A DNA stretch of 64,000 nt from Octopus sinensis. Taxonomy: Eukaryota. The notes under the pieces were generated by a model that saw nothing but the letters and a program-made list of their open reading frames with translations, was not told the origin of the DNA and did no database searches. This document shows, piece by piece, positions 1-13,740 of this stretch (its first letter is position 1; the number at the start of each line of letters is the position of its first letter). The position numbers were made by a program, and so were the translations under genes. Where the stretch lies: assembly GCF_006345805.1 (NCBI RefSeq), contig NC_043019.1, positions 6,447,360-6,511,359 of the forward strand, read 5' to 3'.

Positions 1-680
1 CTAACTTACTTTTCCTTATCTTGCAGTGTCGGAGTACAGTTTTGTCTACTAGGAGTTGATCCTTGGTACCTCTGCACTTACGCTTGCAACCCTTCTGCTC
101 ATGTGACAGGACTCCATTTTCTTCCAGGTGTTCACACATTGACTCTGCGAGTATTCCAGTCAATAACTTCCACATAAGTGGCAAACAGGATATCGGCCTG
201 TAATTGTCTGCTGTATTGCCTTTTTTCGATGTTTTTCAGTCACAGCACTGTCCTAACCAATGTCAACCACTCTGGTGTTGCTTGGTTGACATTTAACAAG
301 GTGTTGAGTTGCGCAGCTATTCGTGCATGATATTCACCAAACCTTTTGATTTAGTAACCTTGAACTTCATCTGGTCCCGGGGCCCTCCTCCTATTGCTCG
401 ATTTTTTGGCTGATTTCATTCACTTCCTTAACTGAAATGACTAGTTCTGCCTGTTTTGGACAGACTACTGTTCTTGCAACCATTCAACATCCTTCTTGTG
501 CTCCTTATCTTTCCTCCAAACGTCACCCCAAAATCTTTGACTTTCAACGGTATCTGGTATCAACTTTTCCTCTGTACACCTTCCATTTCTTCTGATATAC
601 GCAGAATAACATATTCTGGTGGTAACTCTTCATTCCTTGGTCGTATCTTACCATCTTTGCTTTCTTTGCAACGAGGCAGT
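1..680 (-). mobile_element. Decayed R4/Dong-clade non-LTR retrotransposon, reverse transcriptase region
   Basis: Manual minus-strand translation gives APGPDEVQG, RIAAQLNTLL..TPEWLT..RTVL and [55 protein letters not shown]. These are R4-type RT motifs. Frameshifts and stops are present, and the element runs off the window start. Confidence 0.85.
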
Positions 681-1119
681 CGATTAAAATACGATTAAAA
701 TACGAACCAGTCATGTACTGGGGTCGATGTAATCCACTGAACCACTCCACCTATAATTTCTGACTACATGCCACATTTCGGAACCAATAAATTATGTTTT
801 GTATTGGGCCCCTCTTTCTATATATTTGTATTTACACAACCCGACTCCTTATCGAATATTTTATAATCGCTTTGCATGAAATGTTTTCTATTGTTATTGT
901 TAGTATGTGCCCTTGTGACTAATGACGGTAGGATTGTTATTGTTATTGTTGCTGTTCATTTTGAATTTTATGAATTATATTTTTCGGTTTTTTTTTTAAC
1001 TAAATTGAATCACTTGAAAGGTTTTGTGCGTAGAGTTTGCAGTTGCTGTGTTATGTTCTGTGTCCGTGCTCGTTTGGCTGACAATCATGTAGTTGTTAGT
1101 GATTATGATGTTCGCATTG

Positions 1120-1487
1120 TTGCTGTTGGCGATGATGGTGATTATGACGACGACGATTATATGATGATGATGATTTTGATGATGGTGATGATGATGATGC
1201 TGATGACGACGACGACGACGACGACGATGATGATGAGATGATGATGATGATGATGATGATGATGACGATGATAACGACGTCGGCGACAACAACGACGGCG
1301 ATGACGCTGCTGTTGCTGCTGATGATGATGACGACAACGATGTTGATAATTAAAATGAGAAGGAGTAGGATGACGATTTCGATGATGCTATTAACGTTAA
1401 TGATGATGATGTTGATGTTGATGATGCTGATGAGGCTGATGATAATGATAGTGATGGTGATGGTGATGATGATGATGATGATGATGA

Positions 1488-1574
<87 letters not shown>

Positions 1575-1800
1575 CAACGACATCGGCGACAACAACGACG
1601 ACGGCGACGACGCTGCTGCTGCTGCTGATGATGATGATGACGACAACGATGTTGATGATAATTAAAATGAGTAGGAGTAGGATGACGATTTCGATGACGC
1701 TATTTACGTTAATGATGATGTTGGCGACAATCACGATGATGAGGCTGATGATAATGGTAGTGGTGATGATGACAATGATGAAGACGATCGTCATCATGTT
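1120..1800. repeat. Compound (GAT)n/(GAC)n/(GCT)n trinucleotide tract containing a ~310-bp internal tandem duplication
   Basis: The non-repetitive core ATAATTAAAATGAG.AGGAGTAGGATGACGATTTCGATGA occurs at ~1346 and ~1658. Confidence 0.9.
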
Positions 1801-2002
1801 GCTATTCCTATTCTTCAATCATTACTCACATTCATTTTTATGCGTCACAAATGACTAGATATCCAATAAACTTGACGCTCCCCTCACGCCATAAATAACC
1901 AACGCGCCCATGTTTAGTTCCATACCTCTGGTTTCGCATTACCAAATGTCATCCAAAAAATCACTTTTAATTTCATTCCTGCCACTTGTATTACTATACA
2001 CG

Positions 2003-2440
2003 TTTTCTTCTTCTTCTTCTTCTTCTTCTTCTTGTTCTTCTCCTTCTACTTCTTCTCCTTCTACTTCTTCTCCTTCTACTTCTTCCTCTTCTCCTTCTTC
2101 TCCTTCTTCTCCTTCTCCTTCTTCTTCTTCTTCTTCTACTTCTACTTCTTCTTCTACTTCTTCTACTCTACTTCTTCTTCTTCCTCTTCTCCTTCTACTT
2201 CTCCTTCTACTTCTTCTCCTTCTACTTCTTCTCCTTCTACTTCTTCTCCTTCTACTTCTTCTCCTTCTACTTCTTCTCCTTCTACTTCTTCTCCTTCTAC
2301 TTCTTCCTCTTCTCCTTCTTCTTCTTCTCCTTCTTCTTCTATTTCTTCTTATTCTTCTTCTTCTTCTTCTTCTTCCTCCTCTTCCCCTCCTCATCCTCCT
2401 CCTCCTCCTCCTCTCCTTTCGTTTTCTTTTTTGACTTCTT
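2003..2440. repeat. (CTT)n-rich pyrimidine tract with a 15-bp subrepeat (CCTTCTACTTCTTCT)n
   Basis: Read directly from the sequence; the 15-mer is near-perfect at ~2190-2310. Confidence 0.9.
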
Positions 2441-2717
2441 CAGCAAACAAGTAAACAACACCTCAAATTACAACGATTGGCGAATGAATAAGATTTAATG
2501 AACAACCCGTTCATATAAAATCGGGTGAGTATGGCCCATAATTACGAATAGAGTGCTAAAGTTAATAATTAAGCGCCAACCATGCCGTCGTCCCTCTTAA
2601 GGGGCCAGAGTAAGTCTTCGAATCCCAACGTGTCTAGAAAGCCCCAAAGTGTTAAATCCAATTGGAATTATAAACGACCAAACCTTTCTGAAATCCTATC
2701 TTTTTGTCAAGCATATA

Positions 2718-2937
2718 CGAAAGTGTGCTGAAAAGTTCATGGCTCTAAGGATCTCGCGAAAGGGCTGGCTGGAAGCCCAATCTTCCGGGTTCTTTTACAG
2801 GGCTTAGAAAAACTGAAGGACCGCTGCAATAAGTGTGTGAATCTGAGAGGGGAATATGTTGAATAGAATCATAATTAGATTACCTGATCCTCCTGTATTT
2901 TTTTATCCAAACTCAGGAACTTTTCAGCACCTCATTC
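2718..2937 (+). mobile_element. Internally deleted mariner (MITE-like) element
   Basis: Inverted ends ..GTGCTGAAAAGTTC.. and ..GAACTTTTCAGCAC.., flanked by TA. The interior keeps the transposase C-terminus GLEKLKDRCNKCVNLRGEYVE*. Confidence 0.85.
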
Positions 2938-2961
2938 TACTACTATATAGTTCCTGATATA

Positions 2962-3155
2962 ACGTGAGCACACCGGGAAAAATGCTTAGCGATATTTCGT
3001 CTGTTTTTATGTTCTGAGTTCGAATTCCGCCGAGGTCGACTCTGCCTATCATCATTTCGAGGTCGATAAATTAAGTACCAGTTGCATACTGGGTCTATCT
3101 ACACGACTGCCTCCCCGCTTCAAAAACTTCGGGCCTTGTGTCTAGAGTAGAAAAG
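2962..3155 (+). mobile_element. SINE family A (tRNA-derived, Meta-like central domain), tail type b
   Basis: B-box GAGTTCGAATTCC and central GGTCGACTCTGCC..GGTCGATAAATTAAGTACCAG. The tail is GGGCCTTGTG.CTAGAGTAGAAAAG. Confidence 0.8.
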
Positions 3156-3164
3156 TATATAGCC

Positions 3165-3270
3165 CCCCTGGCTATAGTTGAAAACACTTACCCAAAGTGC
3201 TGCACAGTGGGACCGAACCCAAGACAACAAGATTGAGAAGCAAGCTTCTAAGCTGCACAGCCAGACACAG
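3165..3270 (-). mobile_element. SINE family B head fragment
   Basis: Aligns by eye with the head of the full copies at 31489-31891 and 50282-50710. Confidence 0.55.
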
Positions 3271-4114
3271 TGAACTCAAAAGCCAATTAGATGGTTGGGA
3301 AATAAGCTATTTCTTTTCTTTCTTCAGCTGTTTCACTAATTGTTACCGACAATTCACTGCTAGAGACCAATCTTATAGAGAGAGCTATACGTTATACTTG
3401 GTTGTCACAGCTGGATTGCTTTTGAATAGTTATTAAAGTTTAATTTTCTGGTTTTTCACTGATACAATTAACATCGCCACCGTCACTGCCACCACATCGC
3501 GCCAACACCGTCACATCACATCACACCCTCACTATACACCGCGCCGACACCAGCAACTCTACTTATACAATATCTGTTTAAAAACCAGAAAATTAAACCA
3601 AGCAAAAAAATAATACAAACGATAAATAAATTAGAAAATCAAATTAAAAACTAATGGAATAAACTACTAAAAGACTAATAAAACACGTATTCTATTTCTA
3701 TAGATATATGTATATTTTGTTTGTCTTATCTAACAGCAGCCATTTTTTCTTTTCATCTATCCCAGCATTCTCTTGGGTATTTTCGTCCATTTTCGTCTCC
3801 CCTCGCTGTTGTCGGACGGCGATGGAAATACCCATCAGCAATATTCTTTTCAAAGATATTTTGCCAAGGTTTCACTTAATTTTCTGTCCATTCTGTAAAA
3901 GTTTAGCCAGAGTCTTTTCAAAAGAACCATTTTCATTGAAATGTCAAATCGGCTGCTATGTTTAACTACAGCCATTGATCTAACAGTAATACGATCTGGA
4001 AGTAAAAGCCGCTTCTACTGCCTCGTTGTCTTTTGTGTGCCAGCAGAACACACCGGTTGTAGATGTGCGTGTGACGCTGTTGGATACCAACCGTTTGGCT
4101 TACGGTATACGTAT

Positions 4115-4862
4115 TCGTATGAATATACACATATGCACAAATACATACACCATACATACATACATACATACATACATACATACATTCATACTTACATACT
4201 TACATACATACATACATACATATATGCATACAATACACACACATGCATACATACACCATACATACATACATACATGCATACAATATACACACATGCATAC
4301 ATACACCATACATACATACATGCATGCAAACATACAGGATACTCAAACACATACGCAAATTACAGGCGGACACACACACACACACACACACATACATATA
4401 TACATACTCACACACATGCTCAAAGATACACACAAATATATATACATAGCACCACTCGCAGACACATACATACACTCATATACATACTCTGATACGCACA
4501 AATATGGGTCCAGAAACACCAATGTAAACATAACACTCATTCACGGACATGTATATACTCACACGCACACATTTCTATGTATAGATATGTGCGTGTATGT
4601 CAATTGTGTATTCATGCATATAAGCATATAAATACATTAACACGCACACACATATATATATACATATATATATTATATATATATATATATACGCATACAT
4701 ATATATATGTATTTATATTTATATATGTATATATAAATATAATTGTATATGTGTATACGTATACATATAGGATTATATATATATACATATATACCTATAT
4801 GTATCTATATATATATATATGCGTATATATATGTATATATATATATGTATTGTATATATATA

Positions 4863-4910
<48 letters not shown>

Positions 4911-5413
4911 TTACATATATATATATGTGTGTATATAAGGAAGTGGTAAATAGACAGTTAAATACGTATTTATTTGTCAGTCTGTGTATACATGTACGTG
5001 TGAATGCGTGTATACATGAACGCGCGTCTGAAGTGCAAGCTCGTGTGAGTGTGAGGAGAGGGTGGCAGTTGTTGTACCGGTTTGGTGTGCACCCGATATT
5101 TACATCAGTGCATGGAATCTTCCAGTTTATCTGGTTTACCGTTTCAACAAGTTACCTAATCAAACGTCGAGTTTGCCTCCAAGTCATGGAATGCTTTAAG
5201 CAACACATCGCATCACATACATCCCGTATTAGTTTCATGTACTTACATACACCCGAACACAAGTACATACACGCATACACACATATACGTGACGCACGAA
5301 GCTCTCAACGCTTATTCGTGTACGTGCACCCTATTATATATATATATACATCTTCTACACTACCCACTTAAAGGCTGCTGTACACATTCGTAGTAACTTA
5401 CACACACACAAAC

Positions 5414-5452
<39 letters not shown>

Positions 5453-5558
5453 GGTTATGTATGGGTGTGTGTGTGTGTAAGTATACATAAACACACATAA
5501 GCATAAGCATATACAAACATATATATACATATATATATATGTATGTGTGTGCGTGTAC

Positions 5559-5619
<61 letters not shown>

Positions 5620-5926
5620 GAGAGACATGTGTATATATATATATATATATATATATGCGTACATATGTATATATACGCATTTATATATATGTACATACAT
5701 CATATACACATACATACATAAAAAACACAAACATTGATAGATTCTTAGCCACTACACACATTTTTTTCTCTCCTTGTTTATATATATATATACATATATA
5801 TATATATACATCCATTTATATATATACATCCATTCATACATACATGCAGACACACGTCTGCATACATATATACATACGTACGTACGTACATCCATCCATA
5901 TATACATACATACATACATACATACA

Positions 5927-5958
<32 letters not shown>

Positions 5959-5990
5959 AACATGCATACATGCACACATATATATATACA
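4115..5990. repeat. Compound (CATA)n/(TA)n/(CA)n/(GA)n/(GACA)n microsatellite blocks
   Basis: Read directly from the sequence; includes a short unique interval at ~4960-5330. Confidence 0.9.
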
Positions 5991-6272
5991 TACAACGGTA
6001 CCATCATCAACAACATCCCATACTATGATCAACATCACAATAACATCCCACTCTCCATGATAATCGCCACCGACATCACAGCTGACCATCCCCAACTAAA
6101 CAACACCACCATCTCCAGCAGCATCGTAAACACATGGCAACTGATAGCAACGTCACACCACCAATATCGCAAACACTATCACCACCGTTACTGCCATCAG
6201 ATCCCGATCTCCACCATTATCAGAAGTACCGCCATAGTGACCACCACCAGCAACAATCAAAAACATAACAAT

Positions 6273-6503
6273 CTATTTCTTTACTGCCCACAAGGGGCTA
6301 AACACAGAAGGGACAAACAAGGACAGAGAAACGGATTAAGTCGATTATATCGACCCCAGTGCGTAACTGGTACTTTATTTATCGACCCCAAAAGGACGAA
6401 AGGCAAAGTTGACCTCGGCGGAGTTTGAACTCAGAGAGTAGCGGCAGACGAAATACTGCTAAGCATTTCGCCCGGCGTGCTAACGTTGTTACCAGCAACC
6501 GCC
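6273..6503 (-). mobile_element. SINE family A monomer, tail type a
   Basis: Reverse complement of head GGCGG..GCTGG.A..AACGTTAGCACGCCGGGCGAAATGC, then the Meta-like domain, then tail TGTCCTTGTTTGTCCC..GGGCAGTAAAGAAATA. Confidence 0.9.
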
Positions 6504-6889
6504 ATCATAGCCACCACCATCACATGGTAGTGATGGAGGTGGTGTAGATGGTAATCATTCATCACCACCTTCACAACTAGCCGTCACCAACACCAGCGTT
6601 ACCACTGTCGTTGTGGCAGCCATCATCATTCACCACCAAAACCATCACCACCACCATCGTCCACATAGCCACCACCGCCACAGCCACAAAAACCACCACA
6701 AAAAAAAAATTGCCTGGTACAAACCTCGCTAATAAGAACACCATTGATGAGAAATATCAAAAATTATGAAGACAACAACTATAAAACAAAAACAACACGA
6801 GCTACAGCGCCCTCTAACGCCCATAATTCCTATTATCCGTTCACACATCGCAATTAAATCGCAGTTTCTTTGTGTCAATAAATTCGTAC

Positions 6890-7041
6890 ATTACTGTGAG
6901 TGTGTGTGTGTGTGTGTGTTGGGTGGGTGTGTATGTGTGTGTGTATGTGTGTGTGTGTATCTGGGTGTGTGTCTATTATCCTGTAGTATTCTGTGTGTGT
7001 GTTTCTGTGTGTCTGTGTACGAGTGTGCGTGACCGCGCACA

Positions 7042-7086
<45 letters not shown>

Positions 7087-7234
7087 GACACATATATATA
7101 TGGAATATATATATATGTATATATAATTTACATATGTATATAATATATATATCTATAATATAAATATTTATATGCATCTGTATATAATATATATTATATA
7201 TGTGCATAATATATATATATGATACACACACATA

Positions 7235-7285
<51 letters not shown>

Positions 7286-7427
7286 ATAAACACCTACATA
7301 CATACACTCATATGTCAGCAACATTGACATACTCTATACATACATTGTTGCACTCACCCACACGCACACGCACACATATATATACACTACACATACATAT
7401 ATTTATATGTGTGTATGTGTGTGTGTG

Positions 7428-7463
<36 letters not shown>

Positions 7464-8430
7464 ATATATATATATATATTATATATATAATATATATATA
7501 TATGTATGTATATAATATATAAATACATATACATATGCATATACATATATGTATGTATGTATATATATTTGCGAATATATACTCAAGAGAAGCACCAGAT
7601 GTAAGCGAGTGCAGAGGGATGTATATGTGTGTTGATATTTATTTAAGCGTAAATGTTTTTTCGTCTATGCTAACATATGTGCCTATCTCTCTCCCCCCCT
7701 CTCTCTCTCTCTCCTCTCTCTCTCTATCTCTCCCTCTTTCGATACACATTCATATGACGATATATGTATACATGCACACCCATACACTAACACATACACT
7801 CATTATATATATATATAAATATATACACTGTATATATATCTACACTCATGTGTGTGTGTATATCTATATATATATTGACTTAAATGTATATATATATATA
7901 GATATATACATTTATATCTTCTATATATGTATGCATATATGAATATATATGTCTATACACACATATACATACTTACATATATATATGTATATATATATAT
8001 ATATATGTATATACATACATATATATAAATATATGTATGTATATGTGTGTATATTCATATATGCATACACATATAGAAGATATAAATGTATATATTATAT
8101 ACATATACATATATATACATATATACATATATGAATATATATACACACATATACACAATATATAACTACATTAAATATATATATTATATATATATATATA
8201 TATACTTACATACATATATATATATACATACATACATATATACATATATATATATATAAAATATATTACATACATACACATATATGTATACATACATACA
8301 TATATATATAACATACATATATATCTTATACATACAATATATAGATATATATATATATATATATATATATTACATATATACATATATATATATACTATAT
8401 ACATACACGCACACACACTCACACTATATA
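6890..8430. repeat. (TG)n/(TA)n/(CT)n microsatellite block
   Basis: Read directly from the sequence. Confidence 0.9.
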
Positions 8431-8499
8431 CATCAATGAACGATGTAATTTTTCAAAGGAAGTCAATGAGCTCGCTATAATTACTTTCACAGACACGAT

Positions 8500-9260
8500 C
8501 ACCGCCGTCACCATCACCATCACCATCGTCATCATCATCATCATCATAATCATCCCTACCATCACCACGAGACTTCTATCATAATCATTATCTATGGTAA
8601 TTTATCAAATCCCCAACGCTGCATGACCACCAGCCTCATTACCACATCGCCACCCGCACCACCCTCACCACTTTCAGCTTCATTACAATTATCAACATCA
8701 ACGCGGTAATCACCATCGTGATTATCATCGCCATGACCATCATCATCATTATCATCACCATCATTATCATCACCATCATTATCATCACCATCATTATCAT
8801 CACCATCATTATCATCACCATCATTATCATCACCATCATTATCATCACCATCATTATCATCACCATCATTATCATCACCATCATTATCATCACCATCATT
8901 ATCATCACCATCATTATCATCACCATCATTATCATCACCATCATTATCATCACCATCATTATCATCACCATCATTATCATCACCATCATTATCATCACCA
9001 TCATTATCATCATCATCATTATCTTCACCATCATTATCATCACCATCATTATCATCATCATCATTATCATCACCATCATCAGCAGCAGTAGTAACAGTAG
9101 CAGCAACTTAATTGCCGTCGTTGTCGTCATCATCATCATCATCACCATCTTAATTATCATCATCATCGCCATCACCATTATCATGACCATCATAACCATC
9201 GTCGTCACCGACATTACCCTCATTATCATCGTCATCATAATCATCATTATCGCGTTCGTC
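8500..9260. repeat. (ATC)/(ACC) tract with a perfect 15-bp minisatellite (CATCATTATCATCAC)n at ~8745-9005
   Basis: Read directly from the sequence; about 17 consecutive identical units. Confidence 0.9.
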
Positions 9261-10559
9261 AGCAGCAGAACCATCTTCTGAAAAAATCTTGCAGTTTGCG
9301 TGCACTTAGCAAATATTTTCTAATTAATGATAAAAATGATTAGATTTGTAGAAACGTTTATGTTTAAATGAGAGAATATTCCGTGTTTTTGTTATTGTTA
9401 TTGTCCTTGTCTCTTTCCGAAGCAGGGGGGCCTTTATGTACTACTAGCTTCGCACAAAATTTATCCTCTTTAACCCCTTGATGGAGTTACCTATAATGGT
9501 GATATTCCTACCAGAGGGCAGATTGTTGGAATTTTACTAATTCCAACGATTATCCGGTAAATGAAAGAAATTTTCATGAATATATAATGTGTGTAGCCAT
9601 ACGGGAAATATGGAATTCCAAACGTGTTCATAGATACTGCCTTGTGGTCTATTTAAGCTAAATTCTTTGAAAATTCATATTAAGTTCTTCATGAATTCAT
9701 TCTATAGCACTACCATTCATATTACTCGAATTCATATGACTTGATGTTACCAGGCCGTCGTCCCTGTACAGGCCTGAACTGTTGGAGACTTAATACCTCT
9801 TAGAGGTATCCTGTATATATATATATATAAAATAAAATCCAGTGGGACCTGCTACATTATCTCCATCATAACTCACCAGAGTAAACATCTAAAACCTAGA
9901 TCGCTATTCTGAGTGAATTGTTACCTGTTGCTAAGTAACTTCGGCATGGAAGGAAGGAAATTTATGATATCAGCTTCGTGAGATTGCGGGCTGCTTTCAC
10001 TTCGATAGCGTAGAATCAGTTAATAGCTGAGTTAAATATCTATTTGACAAATACGGTAGGCTTTTTAATATCAGAATTGATGACATGAAGATGGGCTTAT
10101 TATGTCTACGTTCCTTTTAGACGTCTTAATCAGCTTGAGTTTCTGAATGAAAAATAAATTAGATTTGTGGTCCTTAAGAGTAGTGTAGAGAGAACACATA
10201 AGGAAGCGATACGCATGGTCTTCTATAGGTAACATAGAAGCAAGTTCTTTCCCGTTAGTGCTTATATCATAAAAATGTTTTTTTCAGCTCATTCAAATCC
10301 TCACACAATACATCTAGCATGGATTGTGCAGTAGATGGCTGTTGCTTATAATATTATTATTTTTCTTTTACTATTCTCCCTGAAAATTTACCTCCTATGA
10401 TAGAGCTGTCGAGATAACTATCCGTTGAACATACACCATATTCTATCAACAGACCCATCTTAAACAATCAGTATTGGCCTAACTACTGCTTGGGCAGCAC
10501 AACAACAAAACAAATATGAATGGGTGGTTATATTTCAGGTATGGCTACGAAGAATTACA

Positions 10560-10568
10560 CGCACACGA

Positions 10569-10605
<37 letters not shown>

Positions 10606-10781
10606 TGTGTGTGTTTATGCATGTGTGCATGTTTCTATGCATGCGTATATGTATGTACGTATATATTTAAGATTGTACATACACACACACATATCTCTGT
10701 AATTATAAAATATATATATACAAATACATACGTGTATGTATACGTGTGTATGGGCATGTGCGTGTGTGTGTGTGAGAGTGT

Positions 10782-10825
<44 letters not shown>

Positions 10826-11707
10826 TGTGTGGTGTGTGGCTTTAACATTATTTACCAATATTTCAAGCTCGCGTACCTGGACCACAATGTATATGGAATC
10901 CACATATAGGCATCGTAAAGTGTCTTAGCACACATATATGTACATATGTGTGCGTGGGAGTGTGTGTGCGTGTGCATGTGTGTGGGTATGCGCGCACAAG
11001 TTTTCTTATATATATATATATATATATATATAAATATCTATATATATATATATATATATATATAATACAAAACTATATATATGTATATATATATAAAATA
11101 ATTGTATGTGTGTGTAGAGATGTATTTGCCTACACACACGTCTGTGTGCGAGTGATGTGTGCGGTTTGTGCGTTCCATTATACATATATACATTCAGAAC
11201 TGCAAATTATTAGGAATGAATGTATATATATATATGTATGTTTGAACATAGCTGTATGTGTATATATATATAACTGAATATAACTATATAATATACATAC
11301 ATAATACACACACATACATACTCACACATCCATGTATATAAGCACTTACATCTGTTGTACACATAACTACCGTGTATCATATTTTCGTTTATCATATTTC
11401 ATGATCTCTATTCACACGCATATGTATACATTAAGAGCTACGTTTACATACACATGGACGGGTGTATAAATGTATCTATATTATTCATATATGTATGCAT
11501 ATATACTCATATATAACTATGTATGTATATATATATGGTGTGTGCGTGTACGCATATATATGTACATGCATATGTATATACGTGTATATGTATACATATA
11601 TATATATAATAGATATATGTATATATATTATATAATATATATATTATATAATATTATATATATTATATACATAATACATATGCATGTACATAATATATAT
11701 ATATAGA

Positions 11708-11741
<34 letters not shown>

Positions 11742-11780
11742 CATATATATTACACATCCACTCACACACTCACACTCGCA
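10560..11780. repeat. (CA)/(TG)/(TA) microsatellite block
   Basis: Read directly from the sequence. Confidence 0.85.
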
Positions 11781-12259
11781 CACACATAGAAGGCCACTTA
11801 CGTACATCTATTCAAATCCATAATTGTGTGCCTGATGATATCTCTATTCAGTGAAAAGAGCTCAATTTCCCGCCTGACTTCATCCAATAGATGTCGCTTG
11901 TCACATGACCAGATCACACATCTGCTGTCCTATCGCAACGCGCAGCCTCTTATATTAGTTTTTACCCAGCATTCCTTTATGTAATATTACGTAATAAACT
12001 TACCGCCATTAAATATTCTCTACAATTTCATGTCGCAATTTGAAGATTTTATTTTTACTTTTCTTTCCTAAATGTTTCTCGTTTGTTCACTCTCGTTCCC
12101 TTTCATTTGGATGTCTATAAGTTTGTCGATGTATCTATCTACCAGCACATCTATCTGCCATCCTCTCTAGCTATCTATTTCTCTATGTATATTATATCTG
12201 TATCTATCTCCCTATCTCTCTCTTCTCCCCCTCTAATTCTCTTTACACCGAGACACACA

Positions 12260-12262
12260 TAT

Positions 12263-12302
<40 letters not shown>

Positions 12303-12487
12303 GTATATATATATATTTATATTATATATATATATAATATATTATATATATATATAATATATATATATAGGTAGATAGATAGACAATAGATTGATAGATA
12401 GACATAGATATATAGACAGCTAGATAGATTAGTGATAGATAGATAGATATATATAGATAGATAGATAGAGAGAGAGAGAGATAGATT

Positions 12488-12531
<44 letters not shown>

Positions 12532-12555
12532 GGACAGATAGATAGATGGATATAT

Positions 12556-12597
<42 letters not shown>

Positions 12598-12620
12598 TAG
12601 ATAGATAGATGATAGATAGT

Positions 12621-12672
<52 letters not shown>

Positions 12673-12691
12673 AGATAGATGATAGATAAGC

Positions 12692-12727
<36 letters not shown>

Positions 12728-12770
12728 TAGATAGATAGATAGATAGATAGATAAATAGATAGAGATGTAT
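12260..12770. repeat. (TA)n, (GATA)n, (GA)n and (GACA)n block
   Basis: Read directly from the sequence. Confidence 0.9.
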
Positions 12771-12789
12771 ATGAAACGTGTATCTTATT

Positions 12790-13070
12790 GGCTAGCGTGT
12801 TTGACTCATGACCGTAAGGTCGTGAGTTCGATATACGGTGGTGCATTGTGTCCATGAGCAAGACGTCATTTCATGAAGCTCCAGTTCATTCAGCTGATAA
12901 GAATGGGTAGTACCTGTATTTCAAAGGGACAGCCTCGCCACATTTGGTGTATCACGTTGAATATCTGTGAGAACTACGTTATGAAGGGCACGGGTGTCTG
13001 TGGAATGCTCAGCCACTTGTATGTTAATTTCACGAGCAGGCTGATAAGATCAACTGGAACACTCGTCGTC
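12790..13070 (+). mobile_element. SINE family D (tRNA head, CORE/V-like domain, 3' tail shared with family C)
   Basis: B-box GAGTTCGAT, then GTGTCCATGAGCAAGAC, then GTACCTGTATTTCAAAGGG..GAGAACTACGTT..AATTTCACGAGCAGGCTG as in family C. Confidence 0.7.
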
Positions 13071-13143
13071 ATACACACGAACACACTTAAACACACACAC
13101 ACACGCACAGGCACACATATATGTATTTATCTATCCATATATG

Positions 13144-13190
<47 letters not shown>

Positions 13191-13707
13191 TTATATATAT
13201 ATGATAATATATATATATATATATATATATAAATTGAGGGTGAATACTTGATAAATGTAAGCACCTTTATGCCACAGCTAGTGGCATAGGTGATAGGATA
13301 TATGTATCAAATGAAATAATGAAAAACAGGACGCAAAGGATTTTGCGGTACCATATGTTTTCGGGTTTATAGAATAACTTATTCTTGCATCAATGCATAA
13401 TTGATATAATAGATAGATCAAAAACCTTCTTCAGCCGCGTACAATTGCTACACCAAAGACTTGTATCACATTATAAAAGGTTTGAGAAAACCGAGTTCCA
13501 TTGGGAAAGTATGTTTTGTAAATCTTCATAGGCGTACATGGTATTATTAGACTCCAAACAAATCGTCCATACCTTTTTTCACTCGATATAGAAATTTATA
13601 TATATATATATATATATTATATTATATGTTTTATCTATCCATATATATATATTATATATATAAATATATATATATGTGTGTGTGTGTGTGTGGTGTGTAT
13701 TGTGTGT

Positions 13708-13740
<33 letters not shown>

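Noticed and set aside
4577-6428. 264-aa and 293-aa ORFs and other IY/HT/YVCM-repeat ORFs across the window
   Set aside because: They are dinucleotide and tetranucleotide repeat translations running into SINE sequence.
11832-11856. CTGATGA..GAAA hammerhead-like spacing
   Set aside because: The intervening sequence cannot form stem II, and there is no matching stem I or III.
13435-13508. 74-nt exon-like segment (RVQLLHQRLVSHYKRFEKTEFHWE)
   Set aside because: Its phase does not fit the other plus-strand candidates, and no homolog is recognised.
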